A stretch of DNA of 62,764 nucleotides, filler included, from Nemertoderma westbladi (lineage: Eukaryota > Animalia > Xenacoelomorpha): NCBI GenBank assembly GCA_032718475.1. It is 3 parts of 3 records of this genome, joined end to end, with 100 filler letters (N's around TTAATTAATTAA, not from the genome) between each part and the next. Parts side by side here need not be neighbours in the genome. Positions count along the whole stretch, not along the records: positions 1 to 24,816 come from JAUCBJ010008473.1; 2 more parts are not named here. One strand, given 5' to 3'. Of the stretch, positions 1 through 11,213 are shown piece by piece. Under the pieces are notes generated by a model. That model searched no databases, was not told the DNA's origin, and worked only from the letters and a program-made list of their open reading frames with translations. The stretch's first letter is position 1. Each line of letters opens with the position of its first letter. The position numbers were made by a program, and so were the translations under genes.

Positions 1-315
1 TTTATAGAAATAAGATAATAGGCCTATCGTAAATACCGGTATATCAATTATTTTGGAATAATTGAATTTCTGAACTTTAGGGTTACTTGGTTACTTTAAC
101 TTACTTTATTACCGTTATTTAAGCAGTAATCCAACTGATATTGAGACCTAATGGTTGTATGGTAGGCCTACTATTTATAAATCGTTAGATTTGATTTATA
201 ATATATATATACCCGTTTTAATGGATTTAGTCAATGTTTGAAATAAATGTTATTATTTCTGGGGTAATCACTACACAAAGCGGTGCACTTTCAGTGAAGT
301 GTTACGTATAGGACA

Positions 316-1896
316 CGTTCGTGGGGCCTTCGCGCAGCACGAGGCCCAGGTATGAGATACAAATTAAAATTGAGCGACTGTATCACAAAATCAGGTTTTG
401 AGAAATTTACCCACACCACCAATCAATCAAAGAAAGGGGGACAGTACGTGTTCACCCCTTTTAATCCCCCCCCCCCCCCCCCCACCCTTCCCAACCACCA
501 ATACATAACCGCGACATCTACCACCCACGGAAGGGTAGCACGAACTTATTTCCAATCGCACGTTCAATATGCAAAGCCAGGTGGTTTATAGGAATATAAT
601 AAACGCAGTACTCGTATTCATTATAAGCCTCGTTGCGTTCGTCCTGTTTTGTATTTAAATATATTTCTTAAACGCAGGCTAGGACGTTCTTTATAATAAT
701 AATAACTAGGGATGCGATCAATATGTGAAGCCAGGTGGTTTATATAATAATTTAGTCAACGCAGTACTCGTCTTCATTATATGCCTCGTTGCGCTCGTCG
801 CTTGTCCTGTTTTGTTATAAAATATTTTTCCTAAACGCAGACTGACGATCTTTATACAGTTATAACTATGCGAAGTTTCGAAACTGTGCGAGTAACTGTT
901 GATACATCTATGTGGATATGTGTGATATGTGGAGATGTGTGATACAACGCCAACGCATCTTATGCCGATGTAGTAATATGGGTATTGAAATAATATTAAA
1001 TTAATGTACACTCTTAAAGCTGCAGCGAAAAAATGTAGCTAATTTCCTAGGTTACATATAAAATAATAATATTATTTTTAAGAACATTAATTTTACTACT
1101 TTGCAAAAATTCAATTAAAAAATAACCAGACATATACATTGTGGAATAAACTATTTCAGAAGCCTACACAACAGCCATGCCATGGATAGTATTTATGTTA
1201 TGATATCTGTCATTCACCTGAGATAGCAATACAACATTTATAGTGAATTTAAAGAATGCTGTCTGGGCTGGAATAGCAATACTGGTTGTCTATTACTATT
1301 CCTCTCTGGTTAGTCTTAGCAACAACTCCCAGCCAGCAGCAGAGACTTGACCAATAATCATTCCCAGCAACTGGGAATGACACACACATCCCATCTATGT
1401 ACCAGCATGTTGGCCAATAAATGAGCAGTATTTAATGAGAATACATTTTTTTTGCCGTTTTAATTACTTTAGATCAATTAAAGACACAATTATTAAAGCA
1501 AATCACTTGAACTAATTAAAAACTATAATAGAATGGAGTATGGGGATTACAACTGTATAATTTTTAATTATAATTATTTAAATCTTATACTGTAAAACAA
1601 TTAATTTCCTTTAAAAGGCAGGTTGAAAATGGTGTTTTTACCGTAATAACTTAATTAACTAATTAACTGCTATTATCTTAGCTTCTCGAAGGCCACACTG
1701 AAATTCTACTTGGAAAATTTCTAAACTTTTGCCAAACAACATGTGTACCAAGTTTGGATAGATTTCATCAAAGATTGGCCGAGTTATTAACGTTTAAAAT
1801 TGAACGCGACAGAACGACAGAACGACAGAACGACAGAACGACAGGTTGATTAATGGTACCACTACGCTAAGGCTCACTCACTTCGTGGCTCGCCCC
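316..1896 (-). mobile_element. Non-autonomous element with ACA/TGT terminal direct repeat (HINE/DINE-1-like interior)
   Basis: Flanked by ACA at 313-315 and 1897-1899; removing it restores GGACACTAAAAC, matching the uninterrupted BEL copy B near 15370-15390. Has an (AACGACAG)n microsatellite at ~1805-1844 and a near-identical second copy from 61422. Confidence 0.85.
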
Positions 1897-3788
1897 ACAC
1901 TAAAACAAATAATTCTAATTTACCTAAGTTACTTAATACTACAAATTACGTACAATTCGGGTGAGATTACAATCTCTAAATAAATGCAAAAATTTACAAA
2001 AACACAAAATACGAATTTTTAGGGTAATTTTACAAGAAGTCTACAAACCAGCCTAACAAAGGGTTAGAAAACTGGTTATTACAACGGACAGGGTACTGCG
2101 GTATTTGAAAATAATACGTAGTAGTAAATACACTGCGTTGTCCAGATAGGAAAATACCACCGCCTGACGACCTATAGCCGTATCGCTATAGGTTCTACGT
2201 TATGTATCACGGAGTGTTCCTACCTAGAAGTTAATAGAGCTAATCGAATGTGCCTATCAACCACTTTACAACACAAATATAATGCCTACACTAATTATTT
2301 TCGGAAAGCACTGTACACTAAACCCTAAATTAGGTACGAGTACTTGTACAACAGATAATCAGTAATTAAATATACTTGAACAGCTAAAAGAACCACGGCA
2401 TCTGCTGGAGTGACCGATGCACAAAATCACCAGTCTTTACCTACGCCAAGCAGCCCGTGTAGTACCGAGGTTAATTTAACTATAGCGGTATGTATAACAA
2501 ACACAATTACTGTAGGAACAAACTTGGGGACTTGAATGTTGCGAATAATCGCATAAACTCTGAATAATAAATATTACGCTACGCGTACAAACCACTCAAA
2601 CAAAAATGCAGACTAAATACTGACAGACTACTATCAAGCCTAAATAAACTACAGGACATGCAGACTCCGAAATAGTTAGGTAGTATGCGTTCTAACCGAG
2701 TAGTACGACTTATTCTTTAATTGGGGGTTTACTTTACAGCAATGGCTACCCCAACTTCCCAACCGTTCTTTATCAGACAAGGGCTCTACACACACTGCAA
2801 TCCGTTCAGACCTAATAACAGACAGACAACTATCCAGCCTACAAATTATCTAAATGATATTATACGCTACCTGTACAGACTACACAAACAAAGTACAGAC
2901 CAAACGATGGCAGACTACTCTCAAGCCTAAATAAACTACAGGACATGCAGACTCCGAAATAGTTAGGTAGTATGCGTTCTAACCCAGTAGTACGACTTAT
3001 TCTTTAATTGGGGGTTTACTTTACAGCAATGGCTACCCCAACTTCCCAACCGTTCTTTATCGGACAGGTGACCTACACACACTGCAATTCGTTCGGACTT
3101 AACAGCAATCAGACAACAGCTCAGCCTACAACTTGTCTGTACAATATGATCAGGCTTACACGCCTTCTGTTCAATACTGGCCTACAAATAAATAAAACTT
3201 GACAGAAATAAGTAAAAATCTCAATAAAAAACCAGGGCTGCAGTCCCTGATTAATTATTAAGGCCTACTGGTATATAATAATCAAAATCGAATAATACTG
3301 CTGTAGGTACCGGTCCGGATGATCAGGCAGTCAGGCCTACTGGTTACCGGTCGACCGGTACTTTCGACTTTATTGCTTACTGCAATAAAGAAGCAATATC
3401 CTTTAATGTTCGCGCTTTCAGACCTTTGGCAGTTTAACCCACCAAATTAAGATGTCTTCTAGATATTAAATCGGTTTTTAGTCTATGACAAGTATTTGAT
3501 TCACTACACTAGTCGAAACCAATCTGTGCGCGATCATTCACCCGCTGGATAGTCCCGGGAGATTGGGTTCGACGGTTTAATTTTATTGCTATGTAAGCCT
3601 AATGTATTATTCGACTGACAGTATTATATAATCTCTGACAATATTATTCACCTTCGGGAATATTAACAGTTCCTTTAGGACGTGGCGCTTTATCTATATA
3701 AACAGAGTTATGACTTAAACTACTCACAACGATATGGCTCAATTATAATTCACATATATGGCGCATTCTTTAGGAATTGCTTCTTTAA

Positions 3789-4499
3789 GGGGGGGGTACA
3801 CCATTTTGGTCCAAAATATGTCGAAATTTTTTTTATGGTCTATTATAATGCACCATTGAATGGTGTTTCAAAATCTGAAAACCGCTATTTAATAGCTCTT
3901 TTAGTTTTCAAGTTATGTAAATTTCCATTTAGGGAATCCTATTGAAATTACTATTACTATGTATAATGAAAGGTTGATTATCTCCAAATATTTTTTTTAT
4001 GAAATTGTCAACTTCAAAACCCTACTACTTCTACAATTTTTGAGTAATTAGTCTGAAACTTCCTGTGGGTGTCTAGATAGCCACCCTGCATAAAAGTATC
4101 AGGCAACTTTTCGGAATTTTTTGTTAATAAAATTTAATACTATTTATAAAAAACCTAAAAATTAGCATAAATTTGCAGCGCCACCTAGCGGTGCAGAATT
4201 ATTTTAACAAAATTTCGCCTGATAGTTATGTTGCCCCATCTTTGATCTATCATATAAAAAAACTTTCATGTAATTAGAATCAAAACTGTAAAAGCCTTAG
4301 GGTTTTAAGCGCAACCAAGTTTTTTTTGTTGTTAACTAGTATTAACTAATATTAAATAGCGGAAAAAAAAATTTTTCTGACCTGTCATGTAGAATAGCAT
4401 CTTAGGCACCTATATGCCAAATTTTAGCCGAAACCAAACAATTTTGAAACGCTGAGAGTGATAAATCGAAGAGTTGTCCGAAAATGGTGTACCCCCCCC
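3789..4499. mobile_element. Kolobok-like non-autonomous TIR element
   Basis: TTAA at 3785-3788 and 4500-4503; TIRs GGGGGGGGTACACCATTTT / AAAATGGTGTACCCCCCCC; absent from the homologous position of BEL copy B (~13440). GG..CC ends with TTAA fit Kolobok rather than piggyBac. Confidence 0.8.
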
Positions 4500-5502
4500 T
4501 TAACAGACTCACTCATACACAATGCTGCACAATACTGCACACTAATCTGCCAATCTTCACTGATTTTAGTCACATATAAAAGGAACACAGACTGACTCAT
4601 GTAGGGTCTATCAAATAACATTAGATTCACTTCAAACCACTTCAACATAAGTCACAATCGTTATTGGTAACCTTTCTCTCTTACCTTCGGTATATCAAGA
4701 ATATTGGGTTTCGGGGTTATTTATCGTTATTCCAAATATAATAATTCATCAACCATATTATGAAGAACTGACAGTAAATAGCAGTATAAAACAACAATGA
4801 AAACACTGATTGTTATGAGTTTGCAATGTTTCAGCAGTCAGTATGTATGATCAGTTAGCAGCGATTAAAAGTCAGGTTAAAGGATATATGTCCTTATAAT
4901 TAAACCTACTAGTGTAAGACTAAAAACTGAAACACGGAGGTGCCAAAAGCCGGTTCTTAGGCTCTGGGCAAAAACATAACACTGAACTACTGAGTTTCTG
5001 TATATACCTCCAACACAGAGACAACAAACGCTCTGATTGGTCAACCTGAACAACGAGAGAACAAAGAAACAAAGAAACGTCGACGTGGCAATATCAGCTG
5101 CTAGCCGTCGTCATGGTAGCGACACTGTTTTCAAGAGTATCGAGCTTTTACGTCACAGAATTACGGATTATGTCCTCTAAAGTACAAATACAGAAGAAAT
5201 AGCTTTTATGTCCGCTAAAACACCAGTACAGCAAGGACACGGCCTTTTTATGCCTGGTAAACCAACTACAGAGTATTTTACGGGAAAATAAGGAAAAATA
5301 ACCGGACAATTCAGCAAAAGCTTTTACATTATCCGCTCCGGTAACATGGATTTATCCACTACTATATTATACTATATAGATTTTAAATATTGTAGGCTAC
5401 CCTGAAATACATGATGTAAGGACCCTAACCGAATTCATAATTGTTACCTGTTACAGAGTGTGCGTTACACTAACCGGAGACAGTTCTGAATGTTACACTG
5501 AC

Positions 5503-5622
5503 GTACACAAGCCTCAGTGTCGTTAGAGTTGGGAGGGCAAAGACATTGTCCGTTGTATCTGGAGCAGACCATGGAAGGGTGAGGACATGAGCATACGCTA
5601 TCGCACTTGGGGCCGAAAGTAC
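5503..5622 (-). CDS. Multi-EGF (MEGF10/11/CED-1-like) exon, last visible
   Basis: Acceptor ttccgcag, phase 1; encodes GTFGPKCDSVCSCPHPSMVCSRYNGQCLCPPNSNDTEACV. Donor uncertain (GTCAGT assumed; read-through reaches TAA at 5465-5467). Confidence 0.75.
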
Positions 5623-5934
5623 CTGCGGAATTTATTAAAATTAGTAATTAATTGCAGAAAGTTGATACAGTTCTGTTATACGCGCAATGGATAAAGCAAT
5701 CAATCCATTCTGAAGAGTAAGAATGTTCTTCTTTAACATAGGGTAGGTTATAAAAGGTACAATTGTACTCTGCTTGGGTAACAAATTGACAAAAGGTTAA
5801 AAATTGATTGTTATTTATTTATTATCTGTGTAAAACAGTCAGCAGTTCAAGGAGGACATAATAAGCTTGACCTGCTGGCCTAACGGTACCTACTGTATCC
5901 CATAGTAACTTAACACCCACCGAGGTGAACCTAC

Positions 5935-6029
5935 CTTCAGGACAAGCCTTCTCGCAAAACTCTCCGGTCCATCCATTCAAACAGACACAACTTCCGTCGG
6001 CCTGCGAACAACGCCCACTATTTTGACAC
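5935..6029 (-). CDS. Multi-EGF exon
   Basis: tttcctttcag acceptor, G|GTAGGT donor, phases 2 to 1; encodes CQNSGRCSQADGSCVCLNGWTGEFCEKACPEG. Confidence 0.92.
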
Positions 6030-6144
6030 CTGAAAGGAAAATTATCAACAATATGCTCAATGATCAATATTTTTTAACAAACAAACCATCTAATGATTGT
6101 TGTGGCAAGTCTGGTGAATTAATAATTAAAACCCCAAGGTAATA

Positions 6145-7561
6145 AACTCACTTGTACATTGTACAGTATAATGTATATACTAGCTCACAATAAACCCACT
6201 CGCCCACCTCCGATAAATACACTTGCACCAGACTCACAAGAAAATCACTTAAATATAGTCTCACAATAAACTTACTTACACATAGACTCAAAACAAACTC
6301 ACTTACACATAGACTCAAAACAAACTCACTAACACATAGACTCAAAACAAACTTACCTACACATAGACTCAAAACAAACTCACTTACACATAGACTCACA
6401 ACAAACTCACTTACACATAACTCACACATAGCTTCATTCACTTACTTATAGACTCAAAACAAACTTACCTACACATAGACTCAAAACAAACTCACTTACA
6501 CATAGACTCACAACAAACTCACTTACACATAGACTCACAACAAACTCACGTACACATAGACTCACAACAAATTAACTTACACATAGACTCAGAACGAACT
6601 CACTTACACATAACTCACACATAGCTTCATTCACTTACTTATAGACTCACAATAAACTCACTTGCACATAGACTCACAACAAACTCACTTACACATAACT
6701 CACACATAGCTTCATTCACTTACTTATAGACTCACAATAAACTCACTTGCACATAGACTCACAACAAACTCACTTACACATAGACTCACAACAAACTCAC
6801 TTACACATAGACTCTCAACAAACTCACTTACACATAACTCACACATAGCTCCATTCACTTACTTATAGACTCACAATAAACTCACTTGCACATAGACTCA
6901 CAACAAACTCACTTACACATAACTCACACATAGCTTCATTCACTTACTTATAGACTCACAATAAACTCACTTGCACATAGACTCACAACAAACTCACTTA
7001 CACATAACTCACACATAGCTTCATTCACTTACTTATAGACTCACAATAAACTCACTTGCACATAGACTCACAACAAACTCACTTACACATAGACTCACAA
7101 CAAACTCACTTACACATAGACTCTCAACAAACTCACTTACACATAACTCACACATAGCTCCATTCACTTACTTATAGACTCACAATAAACTCACTTGCAC
7201 ATAGACTCACAACAAACTCACTTACACATAACTCACACATAGCTTCATTCACTTACTTATAGACTCACAATAAACTCACTTGCACATAGACTCACAACCA
7301 ACTCACTTACACATAACTCACACATAGCTTCATTCACTTACACATAGACTCATAACAAACTCACTTACACATAGACTCACAACAAACTCACTTGCACATA
7401 GATTCGCAACAATCTCACTTACTTATTGACTCACAACAATGTCACTTACTTATTGACTCACAACAATGTCACTTACTTATTGACTCACAACAATGTCACT
7501 TACACCAAGACTCACAACCAACTCACTTACTTATTGATTGGGGGACTCGCACTAAACTCAC
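6145..7561. repeat. 27-bp intronic minisatellite with higher-order variants
   Basis: Unit ACTCACTT(A/G)CACATAGACTCACAACAA, roughly 50 unit-lengths, contiguous with the exon at 7562. Confidence 0.95.
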
Positions 7562-7725
7562 TTGCACATAGATTCACATCGGGGACCGTATGTTTCACCT
7601 GGGCAGGTATTTTCGCACAGAGCTCCGTAATTACCGGGTTCGCAATTGCAGTCTCCAGTAACGGGGTCGCAGGTTGCACCGTGGTGACAGGTACAATACG
7701 AACGGCATTGGTAACCGTATCGTCC
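7562..7725 (-). CDS. Multi-EGF exon
   Basis: ttttgtttttttag acceptor, AA|GTGAGT donor, phases 0 to 2; encodes GRYGYQCRSYCTCHHGATCDPVTGDCNCEPGNYGALCENTCPGETYGPRCESMC(K). Confidence 0.92.
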
Positions 7726-8254
7726 CTAAAAAAACAAAAGGTACCAAATACAACGAGCAGCTAGATAATAATTTATACTCTAATCATATTAATTGTGTGA
7801 TGGTCAATAAATTCATATACAAAAACTAATTTGGAGAGTAATAACCCCCCCCCCCATCCCATTCTCCTTCTGTCATCTGTCACCCCCCAACCGAGGGTAG
7901 TAACAACCACTAGCTCTGCTATTAGTCGCTACCCCCTCCCTTTCCTTAATGTCATTTTTATCCAAATATGCGATATTCTAAAAATATATTGAAAGGAATA
8001 ATAAAGAAACAGTTTTGAAAAAATTGATGAAATTGGTAATTAATAAATAGTTTAATTAAATCAATTAATTAATTAATTAATTGATTAATTAAACTATTTA
8101 TTAATTACCAATTTCATATACTATATTTAATTAATTAATTAATTAATTAACAGTTTAACATGGGGAGTATAAGCTGCGCGACAGCCGACAATAAATAATA
8201 CTCCCCCTGCGCCTAACTAATAATAGTTATGCATGGGAACCCCAAGCAACCCAC

Positions 8255-8379
8255 CGGTGGACATGTTAACTGGCAGTTGATTCCGTGTCTCCCTGGGTGA
8301 CAGTCGCAAGATCCGTCGATCGGAGAGCAGCTGGCGCCGTTACAGGAACATGTCAGAGCACAGTTCGGTCCGTAAGTTC
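8255..8379 (-). CDS. Multi-EGF exon
   Basis: attttgtctag acceptor, CCG|GTGGGT donor, phases 1 to 0; encodes GTYGPNCALTCSCNGASCSPIDGSCDCHPGRHGINCQLTCPP. Confidence 0.9.
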
Positions 8380-8439
8380 CTAGACAAAATACATTGTAGA
8401 GAATAAACCTAAGTATACAATATATATTATATAGGACTT

Positions 8440-9042
8440 AAAATATCTTAGATATTATCTCTTCTACACCTGTCTTACTACGTGTATATAATTCCTACCT
8501 TTTCTACAGTTGTATTACCTTGTCTATACGGGTCTTATATATTGTCAACTTTGTTCTGAACTATTCTTCATCAGTCTACATCCGTTTTACCTTATCTTCG
8601 GTATTACCTTTTCAACGTGAATCTTACCAGTTCGGAGTCCGGACAATTGCGACCCGGTCAATTGCAACCCATGTTTTTAAATAAAAATTATGGGTCGCAA
8701 TTGTCCGGGTCGCAATTGTCAATGATATACAATGATACAATGATATCTATCAATGATATACAATGATACAATGATATCTATCAATGATATACATTACATC
8801 TTTTTATCTGGATCCGGACAAGTGCGACCCGGACAATTGCGACCCGGACAATTACATGGCAACCCGCTATATGTCTATATGATTCTTACCTTGACAACAT
8901 GTGTCTTACATTGTGTACATGGGTCTTATATTGTCTACATAAGTCTAACCTTGCATACAGTACATGGGTTCATGGGTATTACCTTGTCTACATGGGTCTT
9001 ATTTTGTATACATGGGTTTTATCATGACTACATGGTTTTTAC
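8440..9042. repeat. Degenerate ~20-bp intronic tandem repeat
   Basis: Unit TTACCTTGTCTACATGGGTC (exact at 8979-8998), decaying away from the exon at 9043 and interrupted at ~8633-8865. Confidence 0.75.
8633..8865. mobile_element. MITE/foldback fragments with 15-bp subrepeats CCGGACAATTGCGAC
   Basis: Direct and inverted copies of the 15-mer; similar architecture at 57603-58400. Confidence 0.55.
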
Positions 9043-9210
9043 CTTGTCTACATGGGTCAGTACATGTGGAACCGACCCATCCCGGTTCACACGTACAAGT
9101 CCCTTCTCTGGGGTCACACGACGCTCCGTTTTCGCAGTGACACCGACTCCGACAATTAGAACCATAAGTTCCACTCCGGCATGGTTCGTCGCACCTGGGA
9201 CCAAAATAAC
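9043..9210 (-). CDS. Multi-EGF exon
   Basis: tcgttctcag acceptor, AAG|GTAAAA donor, phases 1 to 1; encodes GYFGPRCDEPCRSGTYGSNCRSRCHCENGASCDPREGTCTCEPGWVGSTCTDPCRQG. Confidence 0.92.
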
Positions 9211-9564
9211 CTGAGAACGACAATAGTCTATGATTGAGGAATGAGTTGAGTATGTTGTGTGTACAAATAAATTAACAGGGATGGATGTACGCACCGCACA
9301 GTAAATGTAAGCAGACTAAATTTATATATTTACTGATGTATTGCGCTGTAGTAGGGCTATTTACATGATCTGAGATCTGATGTTTAGTCTGGTGATCAGT
9401 TATGAATATCCGGATATTCATTTATCTTAATGATTTGTTTTGTAACATAAGGATTAATATCCGGTATCTGATCTCCCCCAAGGCGATTTATATTACTCTG
9501 GATAATAGTTGTAGAGTAGAAACAGCTCTCACTATTAGGTTATTATATCAAAATAATTACATAC

Positions 9565-9656
9565 CTTTATCACAGAGGCACGTTCCATCATATGGCGAAC
9601 AAATTCCAGTATCTGCACAATTACAGTTGCTATCACAGTCAGCGCCATACCTCCCC
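9565..9656 (-). CDS. Multi-EGF exon, first visible (an internal exon; gene start not found)
   Basis: ttttattgccag acceptor, AAG|GTATGT donor, phases 2 to 1; encodes GRYGADCDSNCNCADTGICSPYDGTCLCDKG. Confidence 0.9.
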
Positions 9657-10084
9657 CTGGCAATAAAACACATACATCCATTACAAAAATTGTAATGTAA
9701 TTTTATTGTAATGCCAAGGAAATGGCCTCCTAAACAACAGGCTACCCTGCAACCCTGCAACCAAAACTGGAGGCTTACTGGAAACAGCTCTGTTTCAAAC
9801 ATAGTTACAACTATGCTTAATAGTTGATTCCTAAAATAAGGTATTATTTTGTTATAAAAGTCCGTGGCAACAGAACAATAACAGAAAGATACAAAATATT
9901 TCCCGGCTACGAATTATTCAGGTTATAATTATTGCAGTATCCAGTTCTGTAACACAACAAAACAGGCAAAGTACAGACGACCAAGTACAGTAGGAGTGAG
10001 CACAATGGCACCATATAAAATGGTATTGACAGGTGGGAGGCCATGAGGACGTAAATATAAGCCAGGATTGTCACAGTGAAGTGT

Positions 10085-11213
10085 GAAGAACAATGTCAGT
10101 CTCGTGAGTCAGAATGTACCAGCGAACATATACAATATCAACAGGACTGTCATCCATGTGTCTCTATGTGTGTCAGAATGTCACAGCGAACATATACAAT
10201 AACACCAGGACTGTCACCCATGTGTCTCTGTGTGAGTCAGAATGCACCAGCGACATATACAATAACACCAGGACTGTCATCCATGTGTTTCTGTTTGAGT
10301 CAGAATGTACCAGCGAACATATACAATAACACCAGGACTGTCACCCATGCGTCTCTATAGGCCCTACGAGTCACAGTGTACCAACAAACATATACAATAA
10401 CACCAGGGCTGTCGCCCATGTGTCTCTATGTGAGTGAGAATGTACCAGCGAACATATACAATAACACCTTATTGTCACCCATGTGTTTCTGTGTGAGTCA
10501 GAATGTACCAGCGACATATACAATAACACCTTATTGTCACCCATGTGGGGCGAGACACGTAGTCGGCGAGCCTTTGCATACGGTTCATATAGGGCAAATG
10601 GGGCATGTCCGTCTGTCTGTCTGTCCGTCCGTCTGTCTGGTAAATGTTTGAACGCGAATTTCTCGGCATCGCTCGTTCGGAATTGAACCAAACTTAGTAG
10701 GTAAGTAGTAGAGAGAAAGTTTAGAAAGTTTGTAAAGTTTGGTCAAAAATCATGCAGTCTGACGTCAGCTACGACAGATTATGTGGTTTTTAGAAAATGT
10801 TAAATTTCTCGGGAAGGCCTCATTTTCCTGAGCTGAAATTTTGGTGGCCTGTAGAGAATCATGAAGTCTATCTTTTACGAAATTGAAAAGTTAAGACATT
10901 TAATTGGGGATCCGCTAGAGACTCAGAAGTAATGACATAGGCCTACCGGTACGGTACTGCTGTACAGTGCTGCACTGGTAAGTACGAAATTGCAGAATAA
11001 CAATTTGACACCACCTAGCGGATTAACATATGATTGTATATCGAATAAATACATTTATAGCATGGGATATGGGGTCCAAACTAGACATGCCCCATTTGCT
11101 CTATATGAACCGTATGCCAAGGCTTGCCGACTACGTGCTGCGCGAAGTCCCCACGAACGTGTGTTTCTGTGTGAGTCAGAATGTACCAGCGACATATACA
11201 ATAACACCAGGAC
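10085..11213. repeat. ~60-bp minisatellite, interrupted by the 10547-11159 insertion
   Basis: Unit ~GTGAGTCAGAATGTACCAGCGAACATATACAATAACACCAGGACTGTCACCCATGTGTTTCTGT, about 8 copies, resuming in register after 11162. Confidence 0.9.
10547..11159 (+). mobile_element. Non-autonomous element with TGT terminal direct repeat, 54-bp subterminal inverted repeats and GTCY microsatellite
   Basis: TGT at 10544-10546 and 11160-11162; neighbouring minisatellite units supply the empty site CCATGTGTTTCTG; inverted repeats 10556-10609 / 11084-11137 (3 mismatches); same end motifs as 316-1896. Confidence 0.9.

Larger units (their letters stand above)
1..5328 (-). mobile_element. BEL/Pao LTR retrotransposon, copy A: 5' LTR plus long leader, runs off the window start, carries two nested insertions
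   Basis: Reverse complement of 1-312, 1897-3788 and 4500-4920 aligns with 13000-15699, upstream of the BEL gag ORF. On the minus strand it begins TGTAAAAGCTTTTG at 5328, the same terminus as at 12629 and 55955. Confidence 0.85.

Noticed and set aside
2164-2196. Hammerhead-like CTGACGA followed by a perfect stem
   Set aside because: The required GAAA after stem II is absent (TTCT instead) and no stems I/III were found.
10060-10110. Plus-strand KCEEQCQS followed by GTGAGT as a possible inverted EGF exon
   Set aside because: Too short, no acceptor, embedded in the 60-bp minisatellite.
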